In this document: positions 37,871 to 47,605 of the stretch, piece after piece | Layout of the letters: each line of letters begins with the position of its first letter | How positions within the stretch are numbered: the first letter of the stretch is position 1 | Source: an uncultured Pseudomonadota bacterium | Lineage (GTDB): Bacteria; Pseudomonadota; Alphaproteobacteria; Micropepsales; Micropepsaceae | Assembly (NCBI GenBank): GCA_963789595.1 | Contig: CAWBLC010000001.1 | Location: forward strand, 374,326-438,325 | Reading direction: 5' to 3' | Length of the DNA: 64,000 nt | Position numbers and translations under genes: made by a program | Notes under the pieces: model-generated | The model's database searches: none | The model's input: the letters and a program-made list of their open reading frames with translations, nothing else | What the model was told of the DNA's origin: nothing

Positions 37871-39166
37871 TCACCGCCTACCCAACGCGGCGTTTGATGA
37901 AGGCGCCTTGCGCCGCTTGGGCACCCCCGAACGCGGCTCCTTCGCCATCGTTGCCTTCAAGGACTCGAGAACCGCATGCATACGTTCCAAACGCTCGCTG
38001 CTGCGCACCAAGATCTCGCTCAGGCCATCGTCGGCGATCTTGAGCTTTGCCGCCTGCCGCGCCGTACGCTCGGCGCCTGCCAGATCCTTCTCCAAGAAGT
38101 GCGATGCGCGCCGATTCTCGGGTACCGCCGAAAGCGCGGACACCTGACGGAAACGTTGCCGCAAATAGTGTGCCTTCGGATTCTTGAGTGTGTCGTCCAG
38201 TCCTCGCGGGCAGCAGTTGGGATCGGAACAGCTCAACAGCTTCCGGGCTCCAGGCGCGGCCATAAGGGTCTCGACCTGCTTCATACTGAGCAGGCGGTCC
38301 AACCCAGAAAAGAGCAGGCGCTTCTCGCGACCGCCGCCGCTGCCTTCTTTCGGCGGCTTGTTCCAATCGCTCGCGTCAAAACGCTCCTTCTCGGCGACGC
38401 CATGGCAAAAGCCACCGACGGCGCCGAACGCCACCAGCGCCAGTCCGGCAAGTCCACCAACTCCATCGGCGACAAGGGGACGCCCGATGCGGTGAAAGTC
38501 CATTACGGCTGCGATATAGCGCCGAACGCCCATAGCCGTAGCGTCCGCGCCGAAGCCGGAAATTCTCAGCCACAGATTTTCGAAGGGGACATCGGCCAAG
38601 CCGGTAATGAAAGCTCGGCGCTGCACGGGATCACGCAACGCCGCCGTCTTGATCGTCAGCGAATAGTCGATGCCGATGTGGCTGCCACCTTCCGCATCCA
38701 GCATTCGGCGCAACGCCAGCGTCGAATCCCTGTCGGCGTCGAACAGCCTGTCAGTCGAACTACCCAGCACATGGGTCGGTGCCTGGACGGCGTGAAAACC
38801 ATGTGTGACCGCAAAGCGCGCGATCTGACGGATGATATCCCGGTTCGCGCCGGGTTTCAGATCATCGGCCGCGAGAACTGTCTTCGGATTGGCCCACGGC
38901 GCGGTCCGCACCGCTCCGCTGAAACGACCCATCGACGAAAGCTCGGCGATGTTGGTATCGAGAATGAGTTCGGCACCGGAATCCGACAGCGATGCGAGAA
39001 GATCGTGCTGGCGGCTGACCGCCGCCGCGTCCACGACCACGCGATCCAGCATCATCCGGCCCGATCCCAACAGATCTTCCAACTGACGGTGCCCCGTGCT
39101 GCCCACTCTCAGGAAATGGCCGATAGGCTCGGGCCCCTTGTGCAAATAGACGACGTTTTCAGCCAT
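37871..39166 (-). CDS. Unrecognised 431-aa protein heading the Xre-RES operon
   Basis: GGAGG RBS before ATG 39166; alternating alpha/beta pattern; SCSDPNCC...H motif; stop 4 bp before the antitoxin start. Confidence 0.8.
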   Translation of the reverse strand: MAENVVYLHKGPEPIGHFLRVGSTGHRQLEDLLGSGRMMLDRVVVDAAAVSRQHDLLASLSDSGAELILDTNIAELSSMGRFSGAVRTAPWANPKTVLAADDLKPGANRDIIRQIARFAVTHGFHAVQAPTHVLGSSTDRLFDADRDSTLALRRMLDAEGGSHIGIDYSLTIKTAALRDPVQRRAFITGLADVPFENLWLRISGFGADATAMGVRRYIAAVMDFHRIGRPLVADGVGGLAGLALVAFGAVGGFCHGVAEKERFDASDWNKPPKEGSGGGREKRLLFSGLDRLLSMKQVETLMAAPGARKLLSCSDPNCCPRGLDDTLKNPKAHYLRQRFRQVSALSAVPENRRASHFLEKDLAGAERTARQAAKLKIADDGLSEILVRSSERLERMHAVLESLKATMAKEPRSGVPKRRKAPSSNAALGRR

Positions 39167-39187
39167 GGCGTACCTCCGGAAGCGCAG

Positions 39188-39216
39188 AGATTGCATTTTG
39201 ATTGCATATATGTCAA
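39188..39216 (-). promoter_or_regulatory. Sigma70-like promoter with GATTGCAT direct repeats
   Basis: Minus-strand TTGACA (39216-39211), 17 bp, CAATCT; GATTGCAT at 39189-39196 and 39200-39207. Confidence 0.55.
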
Positions 39217-39319
39217 GTACAGAAATCGATATGGAGATTCTGTGGAGCTTGCGGCTTCCTTTCGCCGGCGCTCCATACCTCAAGTTGCACCAACGGCATT
39301 GGCAGACTGACATAGCCCC

Positions 39320-40096
39320 ATGATTGAATTCGGCACTTGGTGTGAGATTGAAGAGTCCGACGTCGGCCACCACACGCTGAGTGTGCTGGAGGTCCGCGCG
39401 GCCGAGCGCGCGAATGGCTGCACGCGGATTGCAGCCCTAGTGCCAGCACACTATGCCTCCGAGGAGCGCATCGCCCATGCCTTGGATCGGCTCAACAAGA
39501 AGGCGGCAGCAAAGTTCATCCGCGATAAGCTGCCGACGACTAAGAACATCCGCTCGGGCGATCTCGGGGAAATCCTGGCCACGGAGTTCATCGGTGAAAA
39601 CACCGACTACGAAGTTCCGATCAAGAGGCTACGGTGGAAGGATCACCGCAACATGGCGATGCGTGGCGATGATGTCATCGGGTTGCGCGTCGATCCCGCG
39701 ACACATCGGCTGCGCTTCCTGAAGGCTGAGTCCAAGAGCCGCACCAACCTGCACGCGGCTGTGGTCACCGAAGCGCGTCAGGCGCTCGACAAAGACAACG
39801 GATTGCCATCCGCCCATGCCTTGTCGTTTGTCTCTGACCGGCTCTTCGAAGCCGGCGACTACGGCCTCGTCGATGCGATTGACGAGGCGCAGCTCAAGCA
39901 GGGCATTGCCCCTCAGGCCGTCGAACATCTGCTGTTCACATTCTCCGGCAACGATCCGACCGATTTTCTCGAGAATTCCTTGAACGCCTATTGCGGCGGT
40001 ATTGCGCAGCAAAGTGTGGGACTGCAAGTGAATCAGCACGGCACGTTCATTGCCGACATCTATGAAAAAGTGATCGCCGATGCCGAGCACAATTAA
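39320..40096 (+). CDS. hamA: Hachiman HamA (DUF1837-like nuclease)
   Basis: RSGDLGEILATE, RLRWKDHRNMAMRGDDVIG, FLKAESKS; overlaps the helicase gene. Confidence 0.85.
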   Translation: MIEFGTWCEIEESDVGHHTLSVLEVRAAERANGCTRIAALVPAHYASEERIAHALDRLNKKAAAKFIRDKLPTTKNIRSGDLGEILATEFIGENTDYEVPIKRLRWKDHRNMAMRGDDVIGLRVDPATHRLRFLKAESKSRTNLHAAVVTEARQALDKDNGLPSAHALSFVSDRLFEAGDYGLVDAIDEAQLKQGIAPQAVEHLLFTFSGNDPTDFLENSLNAYCGGIAQQSVGLQVNQHGTFIADIYEKVIADAEHN

Positions 40097-43000
40097 CGGC
40101 ATCCAGGCCGCAATCGGCGACGCGTCCGCGGCTGGTTTCCGTGGCCGCCTGATCGCCCGCGGTCAAGCGCGCGCCATGATTTGGCGCAATGGCCAATTGC
40201 CCGCGGGTGCTCCGGCGTTTTCTGCACTGTTGAGCTATGACCTGCGCTCCTATGCCTATTCACTCATTTTGCAAGGCCTGCGCCTGCGCGAACTCGGTGG
40301 CGATCCCGAAATCGCCCGTCAGGGGTTTGAACAGGCCGCAACCGCTCTGGAATCCGTCATCGCGCGTGGTGCAGCAAACGACCCCGACCGGGACTTCCAC
40401 TTTGTCATGGCCGCGGCGGCCTATCACCTAGCCCGGTTATCCGCACGCGCCTATTCCTTGCTGGCGCCCGTGCGCGCCGACGAGAACTACGCGCCGGTCG
40501 AAAAGGCGCTCATCCTCATCATGTTGCGCGATTTCCGGGCGCTAGAGGAATTGACGCTGCCCCGTCTTGCCATCGAGGGCGATGCGGCGATTACCGCGGC
40601 CTATGCTGGACAGCTTGCCGCGCTCGACGCCGGCCAGGATCAGCGGGATCCCACATCCTTTCTCCTTGACGGCCTTGATGACGCCTTGACGGAAGGGTTC
40701 TTCCGCTCCATCGCAACATTCCTCCTTGCCCTAGAGCGCGGCGACCGCGCGCTTCAGGAGCAGTCCATCACGCTGCTGCATGCCGGACTTGACGTCTGCG
40801 ACGAACTCAATCTGGTTCCGCAGTGGTGGGCGCACCGGATCGCGATCCATTTGCTCGGCGACATTTGGGAAACCTCGTTTCACGCGCGTCTACCGCAGCA
40901 GCTTCAGGGGGATGATGCTGGCCGCTGGGCGGACTTGCGCTCGCTGTTTCTCGCTGTCCTGATCCGGCGCAGCAAGGCGGAAATCGACTTGTGGCCCTCG
41001 CAATTGCAAGCCGCCGCGCGCGCCGTGGATCCGAACGACGATTTGGTCATCTCGCTGCCCACAAGCGCAGGCAAGACGCGCATTGCCGAGCTCTGCATTC
41101 TGCGTACGCTCGCCGCGAACAAGCGCATCGTCTTCGTGACCCCCTTGCGCGCGTTGTCGGCACAAACCGAAGCGGGGTTGCAGCGGACATTTGGACCGCT
41201 CGGCAAATCGATATCGGCACTGTACGGCAGCATCGGCGTCTCGGGATTCGACGAAGATGCCATCCGCACGCGCAACATCGTCGTGGCGACACCCGAAAAA
41301 CTGGACTTCGCACTGCGCAACGATCCGTCCTTGCTCGACGATGTCGGCCTTCTGGTCTTCGACGAAGGCCATATGATCGGTCTGGACGAGCGGGAAGTCC
41401 GCTATGAGATTCAGATTCAGCGCCTGCTCCGCCGAGCCGACGCGCAGAGCCGCAGGATCGTCTGTTTGTCGGCGATCCTGCCGGACGGCCAGGAACTCGA
41501 GGATTTTGCCAACTGGCTGTGCGACGACTCCGGAAGCGAAGTGGTTCGGAGCACGTGGCGGCCGACGCGCCTGCGCTATGGCGAGGTGGTGTGGCGCAAC
41601 GGATCGGCCAGACTGAATTTGCGGGTTGGCGACGAACGCCCATTCGTTCCGGGATTTCTCGCGGGTTTCGTTCCGCCAATCGGCCAGCGCACGACGGTTT
41701 TCCCCAGGGACCTTGGTGAGCTTTGCCTCGCGACGGCGTGGCGGCTGGTCGGCGACGGCCAGTCGGTGCTCGTCTTCTGTCCTGTCCGCGCCCATGTCGA
41801 ACCGTTTGCACCTCGGATTGTCGATCTGCACAAACGTGGGGCCCTTGCCTCCCTGCTCACGGTTCCCGAAGCGCGACTGGCGACGGCGCTGGCACTCGGT
41901 GCGGAATGGCTCGGCGCCGATCATCCGATTCTCCAATGCTTGAAGCTTGGCATCGCGATCCACCATGGCGCACTGCCGACGGCGTATCGCAAAGAAATTG
42001 AACGCCTGCTGCGCGAGAATATCCTCAAGGTCACCATCTCGTCTCCGACCCTTGCACAAGGGCTCAATCTCTCAGCCACCGTCGTGATCATCCACTCGCT
42101 CTTCCGCAACAAGGAGCGCATCCCGGTATCCGAATTCAAGAACGTCATCGGGCGCGCCGGCCGGGCGTATGTCGATGTCGAGGGCTTGGTGCTCTATCCC
42201 ATCTTCGACCGCCATGATGTGCGCCTTGCGCAATGGCAGACCCTGATCGACGATCTGTCCTTTCGCGACATGGATAGCGGTCTTCTGCGACTGGTGGTGA
42301 CCCTGATGGCTCGGATGAACGAGCGTTTGGGGCGACCGTCCATTCAGCAACTCACCGACTATGTCCTTAACAATGCGCAGGCCTGGGAATTTCCAGTTCT
42401 GCCTGGCGAGGATGCTGAAAGGCGCGAGCGCGAACGCGCCAACTGGTCGCGCTATGTCACCTCCCTCGATACCGCGCTCCTCAGCCTAATCGGCGATGCT
42501 GACGTCGCCATCGCAGAAATTGCTGCGGCGCTCGATACAGCGTTGCAGTCCTCGCTGTGGCAGCGCCGACTTGCCAGGCGCGGTGAGGGGCTGCGGACAG
42601 CACTTGCCACTGGTCTGCTCAGCCGGGCGCGCCACATTTGGCACAACTCCGACACCGTGCGCCGCAGAGGTTACTTCTTGGCCGGCGTGGGCCTCGAAAC
42701 CGGTCATGGTTTGGACACGCTCGCTCCCGAGGGCAACGACCTGCTGGTCGATGCCAACGGAGGGATTGTTGTCGGTGATCCCGACACGGCGGTGGCGGCG
42801 ATAACCACATTGGCGGAACGCGTTTTTGTGTTGCCGCCCTTTATCCCCGACAAGCTACCGGAAAATTGGCGCGCCATCTTGGCCGCATGGCTGCGCGGCC
42901 AACCGCTCGCCGACCTTGCTGCCAAGCAGGAGGCTGAAACGCTGCAGTTTGTCGAACAAGGGCTTGTCTACAAGCTTCCTTGGGCGATGGAAGCCCTGCG

Positions 43001-43580
43001 TGTCCGCGGGCTGACCCACAATGATGCGATTGGGGATCAAGGCTTCACGCTTGCCGATTTCGATCTCAGCGTCGCGGTCTCTGCAGTCGAGACCGGGACG
43101 CTCAACCGTTCCGCTGCTTTGCTCATCCAGGCGGGGTTCAATTCACGGCTGGCCGCTATTAAGGCGATCACCGACACAGGAGCGAATTTCGACAATGGCG
43201 GTGGGCTGCGCCAATGGCTCCGAAGCGCGGCCGTCGCCGCCGCGAGTGCGGATCCGGCATGGCCGACACCGCAGACACACGCACTATGGCTCGAGTTCAG
43301 CGGCAACTTCGAGCGCCAGGCATCCGAAGTGTGGAAAGAGCAACGCTATTGGGCGCCAGCACATTGGTTAGAGGGGCTGCGTCCTGAGACGGGTGCGCCC
43401 CTTCGAATTTCGAGCAAGGATGGTCAGCATGTCATCGTGGCCGCCGATGGACTCGTACTCGGTCATTGCCCGTCGCCCTTGAATCCAGAGCGTAGGGGTC
43501 TTCTTCGAGCGGTCGCGGATCCTAAGCCCGATCGTATCGCGCTGTCCTATCTAGGTCCGGACGATCTTTGGCTAGTCTGA
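40080..43580 (+). CDS. hamB: Hachiman HamB (Ski2-like DEAD/DEAH helicase)
   Basis: LPTSAGKT, VATPEK, DEGH, HHG, TLAQGLN and GRAGR motifs; 1166 aa; directly downstream of HamA. Confidence 0.85.
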   Translation: MPSTINGIQAAIGDASAAGFRGRLIARGQARAMIWRNGQLPAGAPAFSALLSYDLRSYAYSLILQGLRLRELGGDPEIARQGFEQAATALESVIARGAANDPDRDFHFVMAAAAYHLARLSARAYSLLAPVRADENYAPVEKALILIMLRDFRALEELTLPRLAIEGDAAITAAYAGQLAALDAGQDQRDPTSFLLDGLDDALTEGFFRSIATFLLALERGDRALQEQSITLLHAGLDVCDELNLVPQWWAHRIAIHLLGDIWETSFHARLPQQLQGDDAGRWADLRSLFLAVLIRRSKAEIDLWPSQLQAAARAVDPNDDLVISLPTSAGKTRIAELCILRTLAANKRIVFVTPLRALSAQTEAGLQRTFGPLGKSISALYGSIGVSGFDEDAIRTRNIVVATPEKLDFALRNDPSLLDDVGLLVFDEGHMIGLDEREVRYEIQIQRLLRRADAQSRRIVCLSAILPDGQELEDFANWLCDDSGSEVVRSTWRPTRLRYGEVVWRNGSARLNLRVGDERPFVPGFLAGFVPPIGQRTTVFPRDLGELCLATAWRLVGDGQSVLVFCPVRAHVEPFAPRIVDLHKRGALASLLTVPEARLATALALGAEWLGADHPILQCLKLGIAIHHGALPTAYRKEIERLLRENILKVTISSPTLAQGLNLSATVVIIHSLFRNKERIPVSEFKNVIGRAGRAYVDVEGLVLYPIFDRHDVRLAQWQTLIDDLSFRDMDSGLLRLVVTLMARMNERLGRPSIQQLTDYVLNNAQAWEFPVLPGEDAERRERERANWSRYVTSLDTALLSLIGDADVAIAEIAAALDTALQSSLWQRRLARRGEGLRTALATGLLSRARHIWHNSDTVRRRGYFLAGVGLETGHGLDTLAPEGNDLLVDANGGIVVGDPDTAVAAITTLAERVFVLPPFIPDKLPENWRAILAAWLRGQPLADLAAKQEAETLQFVEQGLVYKLPWAMEALRVRGLTHNDAIGDQGFTLADFDLSVAVSAVETGTLNRSAALLIQAGFNSRLAAIKAITDTGANFDNGGGLRQWLRSAAVAAASADPAWPTPQTHALWLEFSGNFERQASEVWKEQRYWAPAHWLEGLRPETGAPLRISSKDGQHVIVAADGLVLGHCPSPLNPERRGLLRAVADPKPDRIALSYLGPDDLWLV

Positions 43581-43735
43581 AATCTGTTGGATCTGTTCGG
43601 CGATCAGCGAGCGTTCACCGCCTTCTTATCATCTGATAATCCGACATCGCTCTTACACACAGCTACTATGTCCGCTTCTGGCGTTTTTGGGTCAAAGGTC
43701 GTTGCGCCCCGAATGTCCGCGCTCAATTCACGCAG

Positions 43736-45484
43736 TCATATACCCAGAGTACGTTTCCGTCCAAAATTCCAATCGATACCCGCCGCTGTGGCGATCCCCC
43801 GGACTTCCTGACCGAGGCGTTGCTCCAGCGCCGGCCGCCATGGCACCAGCTGAAACCCCATTCCGTCATCGATCATCGCGAACCGTCCGGACGACAGCGT
43901 GATGCGCTGCCGGTACAGGCCGGCGACCAGCTGGCCTTCCACGAGCGGGTGATGCACAAGTCCGGTCTCGGCAGCGAGCTTGGTAGCGGTCTCGTCGAGT
44001 TCACGCTGCCGCAAGGTGGCAAGCAGATCGCGGACGAAAATCACCCGTTGACCCTGCCGATGCGCCAGACCCTCTTCGACCAGATGGTTGGTGCGCGCCA
44101 CCATCGCCGCGCGGACTTCGGCGCCGAATCCCCCGTGGCTGATCGGCGGATCGGATCTTACCAATTGCCGGTCGATCCAGGTGGCGCCCGGCGTCGTGAC
44201 CTGTGCCTCGATGGCCAGATCGCAGCGGACCGCGAGCGACAGACGCTTGCGGCCTTTCTCGTCGTCGTAAACGCGGGTCTCGACGATGGCGCCGGGCGGC
44301 GCATCGCCCGTCATATCTATATCGGGGAAGCGCAGGTGATGGGTGCGGCCATCGATGCCTTCGATGACGGCGTAAGCCATGCCGTTAAGTTCGTCGTGCA
44401 AACCTCGGGCAACGAGGCGCCCCAACACGGGTTCGGCCGGCGCACCGCTGTGCAAAGCAAAGCTGGTGACATCCGGATCGTGTTCGGCGCTGGCCATCGC
44501 CCGATGCATGGTCTTGATGATGTCTCCGCGGATCGAGAGATCGCGCAATGTCTGTTCGAGGTTTGATTTCAAAGTCCATTGTGCTGGACCGATCTGTTGC
44601 GCGAGACCAAGCCGTTCGAGCGTCTGCGCGCGTCCCACCAGAAGCCGGCGTAGTTCGCGGTCTTCGTCAGGTGCACCGGGCCTTAGATCGGCGATGCCCG
44701 CATTGGCGTCAGCGGTGTTGCGCAGCGCTTGGTCGAGGCCGCTCCAGCGTTCGGCGCGCATGTCCATCTCCAACGCCGACTGGATTTCCTGCTCGGAGCG
44801 TGGCCCCAGTTCCAGTCCGACAAGCTCGGCGGCGCGTAACCGGAATCCACGGCTGATGTAGTCGCGGCTGATGACGAGATCCTTGCCGTCGTCGAGTTTG
44901 CCACGAACCAGCACATGGATATGCGGGTTGTCGGTATTCCAGTGATCGACCGCGACCCAGTCGAGCGTGGTCCCGAGATCCCGTTCGACGTCCTTCATCA
45001 GCTCGCGTGTGAAGGTCCGCAAGTTCGCCATCCTGGGCGCATCCTCCGGTGAGACAATGAATCGAAAGTGATGGCGATCTTCCTCGCAGCGCTCCGAGAA
45101 AGCCTTGGCGTCCGTATCGTCCGTCCTGGCGTCGAACATTCGCGCGTCATGGCCGTCACGGGTGACGCCTTCGCGTTTGAGGTAGGCGATGTGCTTGGTA
45201 AGCGGCGCCGACCGGAACTTGATTCCCCTGTGCCGCACGACGCGCGCTTTCACCATCACGCGGCGCGACGGGGATTTCAGCGCCAGCGCGGTCGCCGCCT
45301 TGCGCCCGCGGCCGAAGGTGGAGCGTCCTCCTTTGCGCCCGCCGCCGAACCGCTTGCCGGTATGGCCGGCCCTCTTCGCGGCCCGCATCACCTGCGCGAC
45401 ATAGCTCTTGGATTTGCGCAGCACCCGATTGCCGTCGCGAATGCGGCCAGGTCGAACGCGCAGATCGTCATCGCGGCTAGCCAT
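43736..45484 (-). CDS. rlxS: MOB-P relaxase (RlxS/VirD2-like, DUF3363 tail)
   Basis: HIAYLKREG, HHFRFIVSPED and HWNTDNPHIH motifs. Confidence 0.93.
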   Translation of the reverse strand: MASRDDDLRVRPGRIRDGNRVLRKSKSYVAQVMRAAKRAGHTGKRFGGGRKGGRSTFGRGRKAATALALKSPSRRVMVKARVVRHRGIKFRSAPLTKHIAYLKREGVTRDGHDARMFDARTDDTDAKAFSERCEEDRHHFRFIVSPEDAPRMANLRTFTRELMKDVERDLGTTLDWVAVDHWNTDNPHIHVLVRGKLDDGKDLVISRDYISRGFRLRAAELVGLELGPRSEQEIQSALEMDMRAERWSGLDQALRNTADANAGIADLRPGAPDEDRELRRLLVGRAQTLERLGLAQQIGPAQWTLKSNLEQTLRDLSIRGDIIKTMHRAMASAEHDPDVTSFALHSGAPAEPVLGRLVARGLHDELNGMAYAVIEGIDGRTHHLRFPDIDMTGDAPPGAIVETRVYDDEKGRKRLSLAVRCDLAIEAQVTTPGATWIDRQLVRSDPPISHGGFGAEVRAAMVARTNHLVEEGLAHRQGQRVIFVRDLLATLRQRELDETATKLAAETGLVHHPLVEGQLVAGLYRQRITLSSGRFAMIDDGMGFQLVPWRPALEQRLGQEVRGIATAAGIDWNFGRKRTLGI

Positions 45485-45628
45485 CGCACGAAATCGCGCG
45501 TTCGGATGGCTGGCTGGCATCTATGTCTTTGAATACCAGCCGCAATTGGTCCGCAAAGCTGGCCGCAGGCGTCGCATGAGTGCCAGCAAACCTCTGCGCC
45601 ACAATGACAATCCACAATCCGCCAAGGA

Positions 45629-45642
45629 CGCTTTTATCTCGC
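45629..45642. other. Candidate oriT nic-like site
   Basis: CGCTTTTATCTCGC in the intergenic gap upstream of the relaxase; resembles the MOB-P TATCCTG^C nick consensus. Confidence 0.35.
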
Positions 45643-45730
45643 AGTCGGTTGGTTGAGTGACGTGAGTGCTCAGGCCTCAACGCCAACACTGCATTGAAGT
45701 GCGAAGTCCGATGAAATGATGCCAAGACCA

Positions 45731-46549
45731 TCATGGCAATTCACCGGATGCCGCGCGATGTACGAACAGACCATCGGACTGCGGCGCCAATGCGAAGGTT
45801 TTGCCGACGGAATGGCTCGCGGACATTCGTCCGGTCTGCACGGCGACGGTAGAAGCATTGTCGGCCGTACCGTGCACCGAACCGCTCATCGCTTGCCGGA
45901 CAAATAGCGATGATTGCGTCCAAGCGGACAGGTCAGAGTTGGCGAGAAGGGTACCGCTGGTCTGTCCGTCGCCAAGCAAATGCGTAATTTTGGCGAGATA
46001 TTTTTGCGTCTCCGCAGGCAATGGCCGTCCGGTCGTCAGATGATTTTCGTAACGGCCAGGCCCCGCATTGTAGGCCGCCAGGAAACCTGTCTTGCCAAAG
46101 CGCTCATACATCTGCCGCAGATAGGCTGTGCCTGCCAGAATGTTGTCGTGCGGATCGAAAGGATTGGCGCCGAGACGGTTGCGGGCGCGCAAAGCCGCCC
46201 ATGTTTCCGGCATGAGTTGCATCAAACCCATGGCGCCTTTGGGCGATACCGCATAGGAATCACCATTGCTTTCGGCCTGTATGACGGCGCTGACCCAGGA
46301 CGCCGGAATGGCGAAGCGGCGCGCGGCTTCCGCAACGAATTCCGCAAATGGATTGGCGTGCAATTCCATCATTGATGCGGGATGTACCGCAGCTGTTTGC
46401 GCCGCCGTCGCGCTGCCGGTTGCCATCGCCAACGCCACGATGAGCGTCATGCTGCGCACAGCGGCAATTCCGGTTCTGGCCGGGACGAAGGAATGGTACC
46501 GCGCGCGCTTGAACAAAGGAATGACGGATTGAAAGCGTTCACGCGGCAT
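45731..46549 (-). CDS. Lytic transglycosylase
   Basis: IQAESNG, GAMGLMQLMP, AAYNAGP. Exact start uncertain. Confidence 0.9.
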   Translation of the reverse strand: MPRERFQSVIPLFKRARYHSFVPARTGIAAVRSMTLIVALAMATGSATAAQTAAVHPASMMELHANPFAEFVAEAARRFAIPASWVSAVIQAESNGDSYAVSPKGAMGLMQLMPETWAALRARNRLGANPFDPHDNILAGTAYLRQMYERFGKTGFLAAYNAGPGRYENHLTTGRPLPAETQKYLAKITHLLGDGQTSGTLLANSDLSAWTQSSLFVRQAMSGSVHGTADNASTVAVQTGRMSASHSVGKTFALAPQSDGLFVHRAASGELP

Positions 46550-46551
46550 GA

Positions 46552-47076
46552 TCAAGGCCTCTTGGGAATCCAGAGCGGTGTGGCGCGAGCGACAATTGAG
46601 GCTGCGGGCATGACTCCAAAATACCGTCCATCGAAAGAGACGGGGACAGTGCGGTTAAGCAGGAAGATTTCACCGGGGTGCAGTGTGCGGCAGCCATGCC
46701 AGGACGGCAGCACGCGTCCGTGGCTATCCCGCCGGAGCGCCACCGCCACCGCGTGGCCGTCGATGGTGATGGTGCGCGCTGTGCGGCAGACTGTTTGTCC
46801 GGGAAGTGCTGCGATATGTTTCAGCAGCGGCACGCCCAGCGGCAGGTAGTGGCGCGCGGCGAGCGATCGCGCGAGCGATGCGGGCGGCCTCACGGCAACC
46901 AATTCATTCAGATAAAGCGGACTGGCCGGATGCAGGTTATAGAGCCCGCGCGGAACGCTGGCGCTCGCATTCCAAAGCAGAAGCGGCGGCCAGCGCAGCG
47001 TGGGCGATGCGACGGATGGGGGAAGCTCTGCGGCCACCGCCAATACAAGCGCTGCCATCACCGTAACGCGGCTCAT
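46552..47076 (-). CDS. traF: TraF/S26 family pilin-processing peptidase
   Basis: WNASASVPRGLY, PLLKHIAA, SFDGRYFG. Confidence 0.92.
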   Translation of the reverse strand: MSRVTVMAALVLAVAAELPPSVASPTLRWPPLLLWNASASVPRGLYNLHPASPLYLNELVAVRPPASLARSLAARHYLPLGVPLLKHIAALPGQTVCRTARTITIDGHAVAVALRRDSHGRVLPSWHGCRTLHPGEIFLLNRTVPVSFDGRYFGVMPAASIVARATPLWIPKRP

Positions 47077-47591
47077 GGCAACAAGGCCTGCCGCTTGCAC
47101 CAGAGCGCATGGCGTTCCGGCGTGTAAGCGCGCGGCTCCAGGCCGGCGCTTAGACGGTTGTGAATATGCCGCCAGTGATCGGGACAGATCGCCGCCGGAT
47201 CGAACCCGTTCTGTTCAAGACCATCGATCAGTTGCAGAACGCGTTCGACCTTCGGCCAGCCGGACAGGCGCAGAAGGAGTTCGCCGCCAGGGCGGACGAA
47301 CCCGAGGATTGTGTGCGCTTCCTGCGGCAGAGGCGCGCGCAAAATATCGATCCGCGACAACACAGTGCCGAATTCATTGCCCTGCCAGCGCACGAAGGCG
47401 AAGATGCTTCCGGCTGCAAAGGAAAGCACGCGGCGCTGCCCATCCAGGATGCGATCCTCCACCGGATGACCGAAGCGGATCCAGCGCTCGACACGGCCTT
47501 CAATCCACATCAACTCGACCTCGGTGCGGTGCTGGCCATAGAAGTCGCTGTCGTGCCGATGGTCATACAAAGTTGCGTGCGGCGTGCTCAT
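47073..47591 (-). CDS. DUF2840 family protein
   Basis: VELMWIEGRVERWIRFG, VRWQGNEFGT, PDHWRHIHNRL. Confidence 0.9.
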   Translation of the reverse strand: MSTPHATLYDHRHDSDFYGQHRTEVELMWIEGRVERWIRFGHPVEDRILDGQRRVLSFAAGSIFAFVRWQGNEFGTVLSRIDILRAPLPQEAHTILGFVRPGGELLLRLSGWPKVERVLQLIDGLEQNGFDPAAICPDHWRHIHNRLSAGLEPRAYTPERHALWCKRQALLP

Positions 47592-47605
47592 GTGATCGCA
47601 CCCGT

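Noticed and set aside
37976-39310. 444-aa plus-strand ORF opposite the unknown 431-aa gene
   Set aside because: It has no RBS or operon context and an Arg/Ala-rich shadow-like composition. The minus-strand ORF has an RBS, a promoter and tight coupling.
43668-43720. ATGTCCGC direct repeat between hamB and rlxS as a cassette boundary
   Set aside because: It is only 8 bp, with no matching copy at the other side of the cargo (36742-36970).
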